Below are positions 1 to 386 of a stretch of DNA of 386 nucleotides, one piece after another. Under the pieces are notes generated by a model. That model was not told the origin of the DNA. It saw only the letters and a list, made by a program, of their open reading frames with translations, and searched no databases. The DNA comes from Escherichia coli (GTDB taxonomy: Bacteria; Pseudomonadota; Gammaproteobacteria; Enterobacterales; Enterobacteriaceae). The DNA is taken from NCBI RefSeq assembly GCF_003334355.1, contig NZ_QOWP01000110.1, one strand, 5' to 3'. Both the position numbers and the translations under genes were made by a program. Numbering within the stretch: position 1 is the stretch's first letter; every line of letters begins with the position of its first letter.

Positions 1-35
1 ATGCTTCCATCGGAAACGATGATCTGGCAGCCTGA
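1..35 (+). CDS. 3' end (last 10 codons plus stop) of an IS3-family orfB transposase, IS629-like; partial, 5' end outside the window
   Basis: Frame with codons starting at position 3 reads A-S-I-G-N-D-D-L-A-A-stop (TGA 33-35); positions 1-2 complete a codon begun outside the window. The stop lies about 40 bp inside the element terminus, as expected for orfB of IS3-family elements. Only 10 codons are visible, so the call depends on the adjacent inverted repeat and on recollection of the IS629 transposase C-terminus. Confidence 0.45.
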   Translation, partial: ASIGNDDLAA

Positions 36-52
36 GTTCACAGATAAAACAC

Positions 53-77
53 TCTCCAGGAAACCCGGGGCGGTTCA
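53..77 (+). repeat. Terminal inverted repeat (right end) of the IS629-like element, about 25 bp; inner boundary approximate
   Basis: + strand 53-77 is tctccaggaaacccggggcggttca; its complement TGAACCGCCCCGGGTTTCCTGGAGA starts with the IS3-family TG dinucleotide and contains the CCCGGG palindrome at 64-69. The 25-bp length is from memory of IS629-type repeats; the other end is not in the window for comparison. Confidence 0.45.
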
Positions 78-216
78 CTTTTCGCCAGTCCTGTAATTCC
101 ATACTTAGATGTCCGTCTATATCAGATGGGCGTCTAAGTTACCAATTCTCGTCTGATGGCTACATACGGCGGTCAGTTTACGCTTACGTGTCAAGAGGGA
201 TTTCTCAGCCCCTCAC
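78..216. other. 139-bp spacer between the two IS ends; no recognisable gene or RNA; probably a remnant of the original insertion target
   Basis: Bounded by the IS629-like terminus (…GGTTCA, 77) and the IS2-like terminus (TGGATTT…, 217). No ORF with a credible start and ribosome-binding site lies wholly inside it. It contains the near-repeat AGATGTCCGTCTA / AGATGGGCGTCTA and a small hairpin at 195-214. Confidence 0.5.
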
Positions 217-257
217 TGGATTTCCCCCTATATTTCCAGACACCTGTTATCACTTAA
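217..257 (-). repeat. IS2-like right inverted repeat (IRR), 41 bp; the outer terminus is at position 217
   Basis: Terminal TGG at 217-219 gives …CCA-3' on the transposase-sense strand, the IS3-family CA-3' end. The repeat contains the orfB stop codon at 228-230. Two positions, 224 and 243, differ from the canonical IRR as recalled. Confidence 0.7.
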
Positions 258-386
258 CCCATTACTGGCCCGCTGCCGTAGATATTCCCGTGGCGAGCGA
301 TAACCCAGTGCACTATGCGGATGCCATTCGTTATAATGCTCGAACGCCTCTGCAAGGTTCTTTGCTGCCGTTAACCCGTCTGGTTT
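228..386 (-). CDS. insD: C-terminal 52 codons plus stop of the IS2 orfB transposase (DDE/integrase-core protein); partial, N-terminus outside the window
   Basis: - strand translation from 386 down to 228: [52 protein letters not shown], with stop TAG (+ strand cta at 228-230). The …[18 protein letters not shown]… segment is the conserved C-terminal motif of IS3-family integrase-core transposases and matches the IS2 InsD C-terminus as I recall it, except Ser for Cys at the codon on + 264-266. Confidence 0.8.
   Translation of the reverse strand, partial: KPDGLTAAKNLAEAFEHYNEWHPHSALGYRSPREYLRQRASNGLSDNRCLEI

Larger units (their letters stand above)
1..77 (+). mobile_element. Right-end fragment of an IS3-family insertion sequence, IS629/IS1203/IS3411-like; the element body lies upstream of the window
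   Basis: Seen in sequence: an open frame ending at TGA 33-35 is followed by a terminus reading, on the complementary strand from position 77, TGAACCGCCCCGGGTTTCCTGGAGAGTG…. This has the IS3-family 5'-TG…CA-3' end and matches my recollection of the IS629-group terminal repeat (TGAACCGCCCCGGG…). Not confirmed by any search. Confidence 0.55.
217..386 (-). mobile_element. Right end of an IS2-like insertion sequence (IS3 family, IS2 group); the element continues beyond the 3' edge of the window
   Basis: + strand 217-257 TGGATTTCCCCCTATATTTCCAGACACCTGTTATCACTTAA matches my recollection of the IS2 right inverted repeat (TGGATTTGCCCCTATATTTCCAGACATCTGTTATCACTTAA) at 39 of 41 positions. The - strand encodes a typical IS2 orfB C-terminus whose stop codon lies inside that repeat, as in IS2. 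Confidence 0.75.

Noticed and set aside
64-69. CCCGGG palindrome (SmaI/XmaI site)
   Set aside because: It lies inside the IS629-like terminal inverted repeat and is part of the repeat itself, not an independent regulatory site.
1-96. + strand ORF from ATG at position 1 to TAA at 94-96 (31 aa, MLPSETMIWQPEFTDKTLSRKPGAVHFSPVL)
   Set aside because: The ATG at the window edge is coincidental. The frame overlaps the transposase 3' end in a different frame and runs straight through the IS terminal repeat into the spacer. The better-supported reading is the transposase frame ending at 33-35.
189-194. Perfect -35 consensus TTGACA on the - strand (+ strand tgtcaa), reading toward the IS629-like end
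   Set aside because: No acceptable -10 hexamer lies 16-18 bp downstream; the nearest candidates, TAAACT and TATGTA, are at spacings of 8 and 22 bp. An isolated hexamer match is expected by chance.
78-216. Spacer as the cargo of a novel system or a composite transposon
   Set aside because: At 139 bp it is too short to hold a gene. The flanking elements are different IS types with right ends facing each other, so they cannot act as a classical composite transposon. Nothing in the sequence supports a novel system.
23-386. Stop-free + strand frame (codons from position 23) running to the end of the window
   Set aside because: It has no plausible start codon or ribosome-binding site. It crosses both IS termini and is antisense to the well-supported IS2 orfB frame, so it is best explained as a chance open frame.
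1-386. Possible CRISPR array, tRNA, rRNA or other structured RNA gene
   Set aside because: There are no regularly spaced direct repeats of 25-40 bp, no cloverleaf-compatible segment with the conserved T-loop motif, and nothing resembling rRNA. The only repeats are the IS terminal repeats and the short AGATGnnnGTCTA pair.

Overview
This 386-bp window appears to be a junction between two different IS3-family insertion sequences whose right ends face each other across a 139-bp unassigned spacer; I see no evidence of a novel biological system. Positions 1-77 look like the right end of an IS629/IS1203-like element: the last 10 codons of a + strand transposase (…ASIGNDDLAA*, stop at 33-35) and a terminal inverted repeat ending …GGTTCA at 77. 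Positions 217-386 look like the right end of an IS2-like element on the - strand: the C-terminal 52 codons of the orfB transposase (…[38 protein letters not shown], stop at 228-230) and a 41-bp right inverted repeat whose tip is TGGATTTCCCCC at 217. The IS2-like copy differs from the canonical IS2 I remember by a few substitutions, two of them in the inverted repeat. The spacer 78-216 has no convincing gene, only a short near-repeat and a small hairpin. All element identifications rest on recollection of the IS sequences, not on a database search. Host is probably an Enterobacteriaceae (E. coli/Shigella-type) chromosome or plasmid, by inference from the IS types only.
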